A stretch of 64,000 bases of DNA from Planctomycetota bacterium (GTDB lineage Bacteria > Planctomycetota > SZUA-567 > H5-PLA8), in the NCBI GenBank assembly GCA_038227875.1, contig JBBRPR010000041.1:13811-77810 (forward strand), in the 5' to 3' direction. This document shows positions 1 through 9,140 of the stretch, in pieces (within the stretch, counting starts at the first letter, position 1; each line of letters starts with the position of its first letter). The notes below the pieces were generated by a model. The model did not search any database. It saw only the letters and a list, made by a program, of their open reading frames with translations, and was not told the origin of the DNA. Made by a program: the position numbers and the translations under genes.

Positions 1-5
1 TGTCG

Positions 6-1520
6 ATGCGCGTCGCCACTCTGTGTATTCTGATCGTGTTCTGCGGCGCTGCCGTCGTGCGCGCGGAATCGGCGCCGCCGAAACCGAAAATCAATCCGCT
101 GGCTGAGAAATTGAAGTCGGCGAAGTTCGATGACGTGGATGCGGCGGTAGCTGAACTCATTGCCGGAAAGGATCCGGACGCCGCGACCCTGCTGGGAAAT
201 CTCTACGGCGCCGGCGATGCGCAGCGGCGACTGCTGGCCATCCGCGGCCTGGCGCGGCTGGCGCCGCCGAAAGTGGAAGAGCCGCTTTTCCGCGTCGCGC
301 TGAGCGAATTGTTTCAGGCCATTCGTCTCGCGGCCGTGGATGCCCTGGCCAAAGTGGAGACGCGCGACAAGGCCACGGCGCGTTTCATTCAGGCCACGCA
401 CGACGACAAGCTGCTTCCGCTGGAACGTTACCGCGCACTGATTGCTGTCGCGCGGCTGGGCGGCAAAGGTGCGGCGGCGTGTTTGAAGGAGTGGCTGACG
501 AGCAAGGAAATGGACCTGGCCGTCGCCGCCGCCGATGGCTTGGCGCAGTTGGGCGACACGGCCAACGCGGAGACGCTGATTCAGGCGCTCTCCACGTCTG
601 AACCGGAATTGAAACCGGCGGTGCGCGAGGCCGTCGAGAAATTGACCGGGCAGAAATTCGGCTTCGATCTGCTGAAGTGGCAGGGCTGGCTGACGCAGCA
701 GCGCGAACTGGCGAAGGCCGACGAAGACGCGCCGGTGGCGGACATCGGCCCGCGGCAGAGCGTTGAGTACGACCCGTACGTCGCGCCGATACAGACGACG
801 CCGATCGATCTGGTCATCGTCTACGACACGACCGGGAGCATGGTTCACGTCTGGCCGGACCTCTTGAAAAAAGCGCTCGGCCTGGTCATTCAGGATTTGA
901 TGAAAAACACGCCCTCGTTGCGCGTGGGGACCATCAAGTTCCGCGCCTCGGACCCGCGCCGGACGCTGACGTACATGATCAATCCCAAACCGCTGACCCG
1001 CGATTTCGAGACGCTCTACAAGGACATGAAGTTCACCGGGTTTGGCGGCGGTTCCGGCGGATTGGACCTGGGCATCAAGTACGCGATGAATGCGATGGGC
1101 TGGCGAGCGGGTGCGCGGAAAGTGATTGTCGTCGTCGGCGACTGCTCTCCCGACAACGACTTGAACGTCTGCGCGCGCATGATCGCCGAGGGCTGGCAGA
1201 TGGACGGCATTATCGTAAACACGATTTACATTCAGACGGGACACGGCCCCGAACACAGGCCGGTCTTTCGCGGACTGGCGGACGCAGGCGTTGGCCATGC
1301 GTACGAATACAACGGGACATGGCAGCACCTGGTGGAAATGAGCGTCGACAAGCCGGACGTGACGGTAGTTGAGGAGCCTGGTGAGACCGGAAAAAAGCTC
1401 TGCTCGCCGCGGCCCAAAACCAAGGCCGAAATTGCCGCACAGATTCCAGCCATGGATAGCAAACCCAATCTGCCGCCCAAGACCAAACCCAGCGCCGACG
1501 ATGAAAATCAAAATCCCTGA
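6..1520 (+). CDS. Secreted HEAT-repeat + von Willebrand factor A (vWA) domain protein
   Basis: Signal-peptide-like N-terminus, HEAT/PBS-like helical repeats (AIRLAAVDALAK, VAAADGLAQLG), vWA MIDAS-like motif DLVIVYDTTGSM and W-R-x-x-A-R-K-V-I-V-V-V-G-D. Confidence 0.75.
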   Translation: MRVATLCILIVFCGAAVVRAESAPPKPKINPLAEKLKSAKFDDVDAAVAELIAGKDPDAATLLGNLYGAGDAQRRLLAIRGLARLAPPKVEEPLFRVALSELFQAIRLAAVDALAKVETRDKATARFIQATHDDKLLPLERYRALIAVARLGGKGAAACLKEWLTSKEMDLAVAAADGLAQLGDTANAETLIQALSTSEPELKPAVREAVEKLTGQKFGFDLLKWQGWLTQQRELAKADEDAPVADIGPRQSVEYDPYVAPIQTTPIDLVIVYDTTGSMVHVWPDLLKKALGLVIQDLMKNTPSLRVGTIKFRASDPRRTLTYMINPKPLTRDFETLYKDMKFTGFGGGSGGLDLGIKYAMNAMGWRAGARKVIVVVGDCSPDNDLNVCARMIAEGWQMDGIIVNTIYIQTGHGPEHRPVFRGLADAGVGHAYEYNGTWQHLVEMSVDKPDVTVVEEPGETGKKLCSPRPKTKAEIAAQIPAMDSKPNLPPKTKPSADDENQNP

Positions 1521-1763
1521 CGTGTCGCAGTAACGCTCAAACGAAAAATTTTGCCGACGCAGAAACCGCAGCTGTCGCAATCGGACGTATGTCCGACGTT
1601 CGCGCTACAGCCGTCTTGAATCTTAGAAAACTATCGGAAATAGTGACAGAAATTGTTCGACCTGCCCTCAAAGAATCCTTAACACACTGAAAGATTTACC
1701 CGCGTGCGCCATGGCATTGACTTTGCGAATATAGGCATTTTGAACACGGTGTCAGTATTTTGA

Positions 1764-4163
1764 ATGTCACAATTGCGAAAATGGCAGGAGGATCCTGTGG
1801 ACACATCATCTCCTTACGGAAGTCGCTTGAGGGCTTTCCGCGGACTGGTGCTTTTTGCCTTGTTCGTTTCGCCGCTGGCCGTATCAGCCGCCCAGTCCCG
1901 CATCAGCATTCAAAGTCCAGCCGGAGGCGAAACGTTTATTGAAGGACAATCGCAACTCGTGCGCGTGGCATCGCGATTGAAGTCTGTGAAAGTGGAATTG
2001 AGCCGAGACGGCGGGCAAGCCTTCGAAACTCTGGGCACCATCGATGCGATGTCGAAAGACTTGAGCCTTCGCACCGCGCTGAAGTGGACGGTCTCGCTTC
2101 CTGCATCGACGACCTGTGTGATTCGCGTGAGCAGCGGGGTGTTCTCGGCGACGTCGGGAATGTTCTCGATTGCGCCCCGCAATGCTGCCTCGCAGCCGCC
2201 CAACATTGGCACGCCGGGAGTGAATTCCGTAACGACCACCTCGCTTGCCGATGGTTCGGTGACGACGTCGAAGCTTGCCGACAACGCGGTGACCTCGCAG
2301 AAAATCAGCAGTGGCCAGTCGTCGGCGAGTTTCGTGCTGACGGCCGATGGCAGCGGGGGTTCGTACTGGCAACCGCTGACCGGTGGCGGCGGTGCGAGCG
2401 GAAACGCGGGCGGCGATTTGAGCGGTTCGTATCCCAGTCCGACGATTGCGGCGAACGCAGTGACGACGGCGAAAATTGCGAATGGGAATGTGACCGGAGC
2501 GAAACTCGCCGCCGGTTCCGTGGACCTCACGGGCACTGCACTTACCGGCGTGCTGCCGATTGCTTCCGGCGGGACCGGGCAGAGCAGCGCCAGTGCGGCG
2601 TTCAATGCGCTCGCGCCGACTCAGACGGGTAACGCCGGAAAGTTCTTGTCGACGAATGGCGCGACGACGTCCTGGGTCTCCAGCGTGACATCACCGGCGG
2701 GCGCGGACAAGCAGGTCCAGTTCAACGACAATGGTGTGTTCGGCGCCGACACCTCGTTCTCCTACGATAAAGTGGCCAAAGCGCTCACGCTTTCCGGTTC
2801 GGGCGGCCCGGCGTTGATGCTCAGTGGCGCGCCCGCCGCCAGCAGCGCGCTGCTGCAACTGGGCGCGCCGGTTGTGAGTGGCTCGGCTAACGGCACGTAT
2901 TTCGGGCTCAATACTGCCGCCGGTTACACGGGGAATCTGATCGATCTGCAATCGGGCGACGTCAGCATGTTCAGCCTCGATGCCAGCGGCAACGCCGGCC
3001 TGCGCGGCAACCTCGCCTTTACGACGCCGGACCGGACCATCACCAGCACTCAGGGACTGACGCTGGAAGAAACCGGCGATACGTACGGAACCGTTCGGCT
3101 GCACATGCAGAACCGTAACGGCGTCAATGGCGCGATGTTTGAGCAGGCGGGCAGCGTCGATCTGGTCGACTTCGTATTCAAGGGGCTGAACAACCAGCGC
3201 AACATCCGCTTCGAAAACCGGAGCGCGGACACGTTTGTCGCTGCACCCGAGTTTGAATTTGGAGCGGCTGCCGATCCGACGTTTGTGGTCGCCGATAACG
3301 CGTCGAGTTTCCGCAAAGGCAATGTTGGCATCGGCACCACCAGTCCGACGTCGAAGCTAACCGTCAATGACCAGAATGGCGGCGCGATTGTGGCGCAGTT
3401 TCAAAGTGGTGACGGCACGATCAACATTCAAGACATCAGCGGACCGTTTTACGAAAGCGATTCGGGCTTGTTCTTCGATTATCCGGGCATGGGGAAATCG
3501 GCGCTGTTTACGGAGTACGGCGGCATCAGCATCGCCATGGCGCTGAATTCCCCGGAGATGATGTACAACCGCGATCAAAACCGCTCCGGCGGCGTGCTGC
3601 GCCTGACCAGCACCGACACGGTCTCGCCGGGCAGCGCGGATGAAATCTACGGGCACTCCTTTTATATCAAGCGCTACCCTCGCGGATCCAGCACCGGCAT
3701 CAACGACTTCACCGTGAATCTGGACAATGGCGACACTTATATTGCACCCAATGGCGGAAAGGTGGGAATCGGCACGACGGCGCCGGGCAACAATGTGGGC
3801 CTTGCACTGAAGGACGGTCATCTCCAGATTCAACAATCGTCCGCGCCGACTATCAATGCTGAAGCAGGAGCGGGCACTTCCGCATCCGCCTCGGTCAGCA
3901 ATGCGACCGACGTGGCGGGGAACGCGGCGCTCACCACGGGTTCGGCGGGGTATGCCGCGGGCGCGCAGGTGACAGTGAACTTCGCCAAGGCTTACACTGT
4001 TGCGCCGATTGTGATGCTGACACCAACCAACGCCAACGCTGCTAACGGAGCTCGGCAGGTGTACGTGGTGCCGACGACGACGGGTTTCACGATCAACTTT
4101 GGATCCGCCGATTCCGCGGCGACCAATTATTCGTGGAGCTACCAGGTGATCGAGACCCAGTAA
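1764..4163 (+). CDS. Secreted fibre/adhesin-like protein (Ig-like N-domain, tail-fibre-like repeats, lectin-like C-terminus)
   Basis: Signal peptide, SPAGGETF Ig-like start, repeats VTTSKLADNAVT/VTTAKIANGNVT, two GNVGIGTT/GKVGIGTT motifs, C-terminal V-x-F-x-x-x-Y...TTGFTI beta domain; true start may be downstream of 1764. Confidence 0.6.
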   Translation: MSQLRKWQEDPVDTSSPYGSRLRAFRGLVLFALFVSPLAVSAAQSRISIQSPAGGETFIEGQSQLVRVASRLKSVKVELSRDGGQAFETLGTIDAMSKDLSLRTALKWTVSLPASTTCVIRVSSGVFSATSGMFSIAPRNAASQPPNIGTPGVNSVTTTSLADGSVTTSKLADNAVTSQKISSGQSSASFVLTADGSGGSYWQPLTGGGGASGNAGGDLSGSYPSPTIAANAVTTAKIANGNVTGAKLAAGSVDLTGTALTGVLPIASGGTGQSSASAAFNALAPTQTGNAGKFLSTNGATTSWVSSVTSPAGADKQVQFNDNGVFGADTSFSYDKVAKALTLSGSGGPALMLSGAPAASSALLQLGAPVVSGSANGTYFGLNTAAGYTGNLIDLQSGDVSMFSLDASGNAGLRGNLAFTTPDRTITSTQGLTLEETGDTYGTVRLHMQNRNGVNGAMFEQAGSVDLVDFVFKGLNNQRNIRFENRSADTFVAAPEFEFGAAADPTFVVADNASSFRKGNVGIGTTSPTSKLTVNDQNGGAIVAQFQSGDGTINIQDISGPFYESDSGLFFDYPGMGKSALFTEYGGISIAMALNSPEMMYNRDQNRSGGVLRLTSTDTVSPGSADEIYGHSFYIKRYPRGSSTGINDFTVNLDNGDTYIAPNGGKVGIGTTAPGNNVGLALKDGHLQIQQSSAPTINAEAGAGTSASASVSNATDVAGNAALTTGSAGYAAGAQVTVNFAKAYTVAPIVMLTPTNANAANGARQVYVVPTTTGFTINFGSADSAATNYSWSYQVIETQ

Positions 4164-4176
4164 CGATCCGTCACGA

Positions 4177-4947
4177 TCAGGCTTTGACGCCGACGTAAAG
4201 ATGTACAACGCCGAAGGTCATCGGCACGGCGCGGACATCGCTCAGGCCCAGCGCGCGCATGCGGCCGGTCATCTCCTCAGGTCCAGCGAAGGCCTGCACC
4301 GATTGCGGCAGATATTTGTACGCGTCTCCGGCGGTGGCGGCGATCAGGCGGCCGAAGAGCGGCAGCACATGACGGAAGTAGAACATGTACGCCGGGCCAA
4401 AAATCCAGCCGGACGGTTTGGTGAATTCCAATACCAGCACTTTGCCGCCGGGGCGCACGACGCGGATCATTTCGCGCAGGCCGCGGTCGAGATCTGACAC
4501 GTTGCGGATGCCAAACCCGACGCTCGCCGCCGCGACACTGTTATCGCGCAAGGGGAGTGAGAGCGAATCGCCGATGCCGAAAGTGATGTTGGCGAGTTTC
4601 TTGCGCGCGGCTTTGGGCGGTCCGAAGGCGACCATCTGCGGCGTGAAGTCGAGCGCCACGATGCGCGCCTCGGGCGCTGCCTTTTTAAGCATGATCGCCA
4701 GGTCGCCGGTACCGGTGCAGAGGTCCGCGAGGGTATCGGCGGCGGTGCAATGCTTGACTTCCCGCGCGGCGACGGCGCGCCAATGGATGTCCAACCCCAG
4801 CGACAGAAAGTGATTGAGAAAATCGTAGCGCTGCGCGACCCGCGAAAACATTTCCCGGACTTCCGCGCCGGATTTGCCACCCGCGTTTTTGGCGGAAGCC
4901 GGAGCGGGCTCGGGATTCACCGCATCGGGTAGGGCGTGCGTGGTCAT
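4177..4947 (-). CDS. menG: Demethylmenaquinone / UbiE-COQ5 family methyltransferase
   Basis: VREMFSRVAQRYDFLNHFLSLGLDIHWR, DLCTGTGD SAM motif, FGIRNV, AYKYLPQS; start trimmed to ATG at 4947. Confidence 0.9.
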   Translation of the reverse strand: MTTHALPDAVNPEPAPASAKNAGGKSGAEVREMFSRVAQRYDFLNHFLSLGLDIHWRAVAAREVKHCTAADTLADLCTGTGDLAIMLKKAAPEARIVALDFTPQMVAFGPPKAARKKLANITFGIGDSLSLPLRDNSVAAASVGFGIRNVSDLDRGLREMIRVVRPGGKVLVLEFTKPSGWIFGPAYMFYFRHVLPLFGRLIAATAGDAYKYLPQSVQAFAGPEEMTGRMRALGLSDVRAVPMTFGVVHLYVGVKA

Positions 4948-4978
4948 GGGGATGACTATAGCGTTGGAAGTGGAGAAG

Positions 4979-5012
4979 TTCATTTTCCAATTTCCATTTT
5001 CCAATTTTCATT
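4979..5012. repeat. Short heptamer tandem repeat (CATTTTC/CAATTTC)
   Basis: cattttc caatttc cattttc caatttt catt. Confidence 0.7.
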
Positions 5013-5030
5013 GGGCCGCTGCCGAGGGGG

Positions 5031-5112
5031 TACTTGGGATCAAATGTGATCCCAGGTGACCCCGTGACGATATCGAGTCATTTTGACCTTTGTGCCCAAA
5101 GGCACAAAGGTC
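5031..5112. repeat. Tandem 28-bp palindromes (REP-like)
   Basis: TACTTGGGATCA-AATG-TGATCCCAGGTG (5031-5058), a degenerate middle unit, GACCTTTGTGCC-CAAA-GGCACAAAGGTC (5085-5112). Confidence 0.6.
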
Positions 5113-5349
5113 GAACTCGCATCGGACGAAACTGCCGCCGTGGAGCCCGGTCGATAAGCGAAATGGGCGAACATTGAGATCGCCTTTCGGGGAAATTTTG
5201 AACAGATGCAAACTCAAGTGTTGATTCGGATTATGTATGACATATAAATTTAAAGCGTAGGGCTGCTTTCCCGATTCGCTTCTTTTTATCATTATCTTGG
5301 CCGGATGCGCCGCGCTGTGGGGACTAGTTAATAGGAGGCCTTCAAGACG

Positions 5350-5979
5350 ATGGCGCTGACGACTTCTGCCCAACAGATCCTGCATAGGAGCGCTCGCGTG
5401 GAGCCACCGGCCGGCATACCGGAGAAATTCTGGGATCTGGTCGACCGCTACCGCAGCGAGTTGCTCAACCAGGCGCTGGCGATCGTCGGCAGCTTTGACG
5501 ACGCCGAAGACGTGGTGCAAGAAACCTTCTGCGAAGCCTTCCGCGATCAGGAGAAGCTGGCGGAGATCAAATCGTTCCGCGCGTTCCTGCGCACCGTCAA
5601 CCGCGCCAACGCGCTCAACCGCGTGCGCCTGAAGAAAAACGATTCGACCCGGATCAATCGCAAACAACTCCTGCAGCCCGAAGCGGGAGTGACGACGGGC
5701 GGATTTTCGAAGGTGGAAGTCAGCGACATGGTGGCCAAGGCGATTGAGACCCTTTCGGCCGATCAGCGCACCGTGGTTGTGTTGCATTTTTACGAGCACC
5801 TCACGCACGACCAGATCGCCGAACGCGCGCAGTTGTCGGCGCGGACCGTGCGCCGGCTGCTTTATGACGCCGTGTTGAGCTTGCACGGACATTTGAAGAT
5901 TCATCTGACCGCCTCCTTTCCGGAAGTTCAACCCCGGACGGACAGCGGATCTCAAAAAGAAAGCGGAGAACGTTCATGA
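5350..5979 (+). CDS. ECF-type RNA polymerase sigma-70 factor
   Basis: Region 2 DAEDVVQETF and region 4 L..L..R.VV.LHFYE.LT..QIAE......TVRRLL. Confidence 0.9.
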   Translation: MALTTSAQQILHRSARVEPPAGIPEKFWDLVDRYRSELLNQALAIVGSFDDAEDVVQETFCEAFRDQEKLAEIKSFRAFLRTVNRANALNRVRLKKNDSTRINRKQLLQPEAGVTTGGFSKVEVSDMVAKAIETLSADQRTVVVLHFYEHLTHDQIAERAQLSARTVRRLLYDAVLSLHGHLKIHLTASFPEVQPRTDSGSQKESGERS

Positions 5980-7946
5980 TTCAGAGCGCGATGTGTCAGC
6001 GGGTCGAGGAATCGATCTGCGACTTTGTCAACCAGACGGCCGACCCGAAAGAGTGCGAAGAAATCGCCGCTCATTTGCGCAGCTGCAAAACCTGCCGCGA
6101 AGGCGTCGAGCGCTATCGCCAGGTCAACGGACTGCTGCACAACACGATCGGCGGATTGGCGATGCGCCCGGCGTTCACGGAGAAGACGGGCAAGGGCATG
6201 CTGGCGGTGGTCGCCGCGCGACCGGCGGCCAAGGGGCGCGCGACGTTCGCGGAACTGGCTGCGCAGGACAGCGAAGCAGAAAACGCGGAGCTGGCCGCTG
6301 CGGAAGGTTCACGCGACGGCTGGACGTCGCGCCTGATGGGCGCGCCGTGGTGGGCGGTCTCGCTGGCACTGCATGTTCTTGTGATCGCGCTGGCCAGCCT
6401 GGTGACCATGGCCATCGACCTGCCGCATAACGACGATGCCGTGATCATGATGACGGAACTTGCGGCGCGCCCCGAATTGAAACCGGACGAAGACGAATCG
6501 AAAAAGCCCGAAGCGGTCGATGCCTTGGCCTCCAGGGACGTCGCGGCGACGGATCCCACGGCGCAGAACGCGTCGGACATCGTGGTGCCCAAGGACATCC
6601 TGGACAAGGCGGAGCTCGGCGATCACTTCGAGACGATCAACCCGGACATGCCGGACACGCACAGCGCGTTGGGCAATCCGGACGCGAAAATGTTTCATTC
6701 CGTCGAAGGCAACACCGACGCGGCCGGCGGTGGCGGCATGGGCGGGATGTCACTGGAAGATGTGATCGGAGTCGGCGGTGGCGCGAGCCCCGGCAAAGGC
6801 GGCGGCTGGGGCGGCGGCGACGGCACGGGTATCGGTACGGGCACGGGCGCGGGGCGGGGAAGCTTTGGCAATCGCAACGGCGGCGGACGCAAATTGATGG
6901 TGATGCGCCACGGCGGATCGAAAGCGACCGAAAGCGCCGTCGACAAGGCGCTGCAGTGGCTGGCGTACCATCAGGAAGCCGACGGCCATTGGGATGGCGC
7001 GAAGTACGGCGCGAGCATGTCCGGCGATGCGGCATTGACGGGGCTGGCGGCGCTGGCGTTCCTCGGCGCGGGGCACACGGAAAAAATCGGCAAGTACAAG
7101 GACAACGTCAAGCGCGCCATCGGCTGGATCATCTCCAAGCAGGACGCCGGCGGCTGTATCCTGAAAAACGACAAGGCGGCCAACGGCTACAATCATCCGA
7201 TCGCCTCGCTGGCGCTGGCCGAAGCGGCGGGCATGGCGCGCATTCCCGAAACGATGGAAGCCGCGCAGAAGGCCGTTAACTATTCCGTCGATGTCTTCCA
7301 GTGCGGCAAAGGTTCCGACCGCCTGGGCTGGCGCTACACGCCGCAGGAAATGGGCGACGTTTCCACCACTGGTTGGTTTGTGATGCAATTGAAGAGTGCC
7401 AAGGTCGCCGGATTGAAAGTCGATCCGCTCGCCTTCGAAGGCGCCAGCCGCTTCCTCGATACGCTCGAAGTCGAGAAGCACAATCCCAACGATCCGTACA
7501 CGGGCCACCATTATGGTTACCGCGCCGACGCCGGCGGGGCGGGCGTCGCGGCGATCCGTGTCAAAAATCCGCACTGCAACACGGCCATCGGTTGCCTGAT
7601 CCGTCTGTTCATGGGTACGCGCCCCGATGAAATTCAAGGCGCCGCCGATTGGTTCATCACCCAGGGCGGTCTGCCTACCGCGGCGAAACCGGAGTACTAT
7701 CATTGGTACTACGCGACTCTTTGCACGTTCCAGGTCGGCGGCGATGTCTGGAAGAAGTGGAACGAAGCGATCAAGACATCACTGCTGACGCTACAAATCA
7801 AAGCTCCGGGGGATAACGAAGGTTCTTTCGATCCGAAGGGACATTCCACGGAAGGCGCCGAGAATTGTGGAGGGCGGGTCTTCACGACAGCGATTGGCGC
7901 GCTGTGTCTGGAGGTTTACTATCGGTACGCTCAGCTTCAGCACTAA
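5976..7946 (+). CDS. ZAS zinc-finger anti-sigma domain + TM + prenyltransferase/squalene-oxidase-repeat barrel
   Basis: HLRSCKTC (HxxxCxxC), TM WWAVSLALHVLVIALA, Gly-rich linker, repeats ALQWLAYHQEADGHW and AIGWIISKQDAGG; ATGA overlap with the sigma stop. Confidence 0.75.
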   Translation: MIQSAMCQRVEESICDFVNQTADPKECEEIAAHLRSCKTCREGVERYRQVNGLLHNTIGGLAMRPAFTEKTGKGMLAVVAARPAAKGRATFAELAAQDSEAENAELAAAEGSRDGWTSRLMGAPWWAVSLALHVLVIALASLVTMAIDLPHNDDAVIMMTELAARPELKPDEDESKKPEAVDALASRDVAATDPTAQNASDIVVPKDILDKAELGDHFETINPDMPDTHSALGNPDAKMFHSVEGNTDAAGGGGMGGMSLEDVIGVGGGASPGKGGGWGGGDGTGIGTGTGAGRGSFGNRNGGGRKLMVMRHGGSKATESAVDKALQWLAYHQEADGHWDGAKYGASMSGDAALTGLAALAFLGAGHTEKIGKYKDNVKRAIGWIISKQDAGGCILKNDKAANGYNHPIASLALAEAAGMARIPETMEAAQKAVNYSVDVFQCGKGSDRLGWRYTPQEMGDVSTTGWFVMQLKSAKVAGLKVDPLAFEGASRFLDTLEVEKHNPNDPYTGHHYGYRADAGGAGVAAIRVKNPHCNTAIGCLIRLFMGTRPDEIQGAADWFITQGGLPTAAKPEYYHWYYATLCTFQVGGDVWKKWNEAIKTSLLTLQIKAPGDNEGSFDPKGHSTEGAENCGGRVFTTAIGALCLEVYYRYAQLQH

Positions 7947-7952
7947 CGGCGA

Positions 7953-8025
7953 AGGACTGAGGACTGAGGACTGAGGACTTAGGACTTAGGTACGGAAGGC
8001 TCTCCGCGAATGGCGGAGAGCTTTC
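7953..8025 (+). repeat. AGGACTG heptamer array followed by a hairpin (possible terminator)
   Basis: aggactg x3, aggactt x2, then gaaggctctccgc-gaatg-gcggagagctttc. Confidence 0.65.
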
Positions 8026-8047
8026 TTAGGTGGAGAAGGAGTCTTTG

Positions 8048-9136
8048 ATGCGCGCGTGTTTGCTGGTTGCTTTGATTGGAATTTTTGTTGCGCCAGTGGT
8101 TTTTGCGGAGCAGGCGCGGCCGGAGGTTTGGATTATCTCCGGGCAATCCAACGCGTGCGGGCGCGCGGAACTGCCGGGCGCGGATCCCGATCCGAAAGTT
8201 CAGATGTACGAAAAGCGCGCATGGGTCGAAGCGAAAGAACCGCTGCCGCTTGGGGGCACGGTGGGTCCGTGGCTGGCGTGCGCGACGGAAGTGGCCAAGG
8301 AAGGCATTCCCATCCGGCTGTGCGGATTCGCCAGCGGTGGGCAGCCGATCAAATACTGGGACGAAGAAGCCGCAGGCTGGAAGGCGCTCAGCGCCAACAT
8401 CAAAATGTGCGGCGAAGGCGCTTCGGTTTTTCTCTGGTACCAGGGTGAAAGTGATGGCGTCGACAAGACCGATGCGAAGACGTACGAAGCCAAGCTGAAA
8501 GATCTGGTCTCCCGTGTCCGGACGCTGGCAAAAAATCCGAAGATGCTGTTGGTCGTCGTACAGGTCGCGCGGGGCGGGGAGTTCACAATCATCCGCGAAG
8601 CGCAACGCGAATTCGTCGCCGCGGATGGCAACGCAATCCTGGTTCCCGCGCTGGGCCGCGCGGGCGATCTGCATCTGACCCGGGACGGCTATTTTGAACT
8701 CGGTCGTGAAATCGCCCGCGCGCTGCTGAAGACGCGTTACCAGAAAGCCAACGACTGGCCTGGTCCGGTGCTCGATCGCGCAGTCTTCGGTCCCGACGCC
8801 AAAACCGTGCTGCTGCATTTTGCGGAAGTGAAAAAGCTGGCGGGACTCACTGCCGAAGACCTGTCGGCTGTTGATGCGACCGGGCCAGCCAAGTGTGTCA
8901 AAGTCGAAGCGCAGAACACCCGCGCGGCGTTGACCTTTGACCGCGAATTGAAGCCGCCTGCGAAAATTCAATACGCCGGCGGCGCCAATCCCAAGGCCAG
9001 CCTCGTTGACGAAGCCGGAAACCGTGCGCCAGCCGTGCTGCTGGAGATCACGCCAGGGTCGCCGCCGGACGACAAAGAGACTAAAGCTCCGAATGGCAGC
9101 GGCCCCGCGGTGAAGCCGGGCGACGTGAAGAAGTAG
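8048..9136 (+). CDS. Secreted SGNH/SASA-family carbohydrate (sialate O-acetyl) esterase
   Basis: Signal peptide, ISGQSNA nucleophile block, WYQGESD, DLH catalytic motif. Confidence 0.8.
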   Translation: MRACLLVALIGIFVAPVVFAEQARPEVWIISGQSNACGRAELPGADPDPKVQMYEKRAWVEAKEPLPLGGTVGPWLACATEVAKEGIPIRLCGFASGGQPIKYWDEEAAGWKALSANIKMCGEGASVFLWYQGESDGVDKTDAKTYEAKLKDLVSRVRTLAKNPKMLLVVVQVARGGEFTIIREAQREFVAADGNAILVPALGRAGDLHLTRDGYFELGREIARALLKTRYQKANDWPGPVLDRAVFGPDAKTVLLHFAEVKKLAGLTAEDLSAVDATGPAKCVKVEAQNTRAALTFDRELKPPAKIQYAGGANPKASLVDEAGNRAPAVLLEITPGSPPDDKETKAPNGSGPAVKPGDVKK

Positions 9137-9140
9137 ACTT

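Noticed and set aside
1764..4163. Prophage tail gene
   Set aside because: Has a signal peptide and is flanked by host genes; no other phage genes
5976..7946. True squalene-hopene cyclase
   Set aside because: Single barrel, no DxDD motif, anti-sigma-like N-terminus
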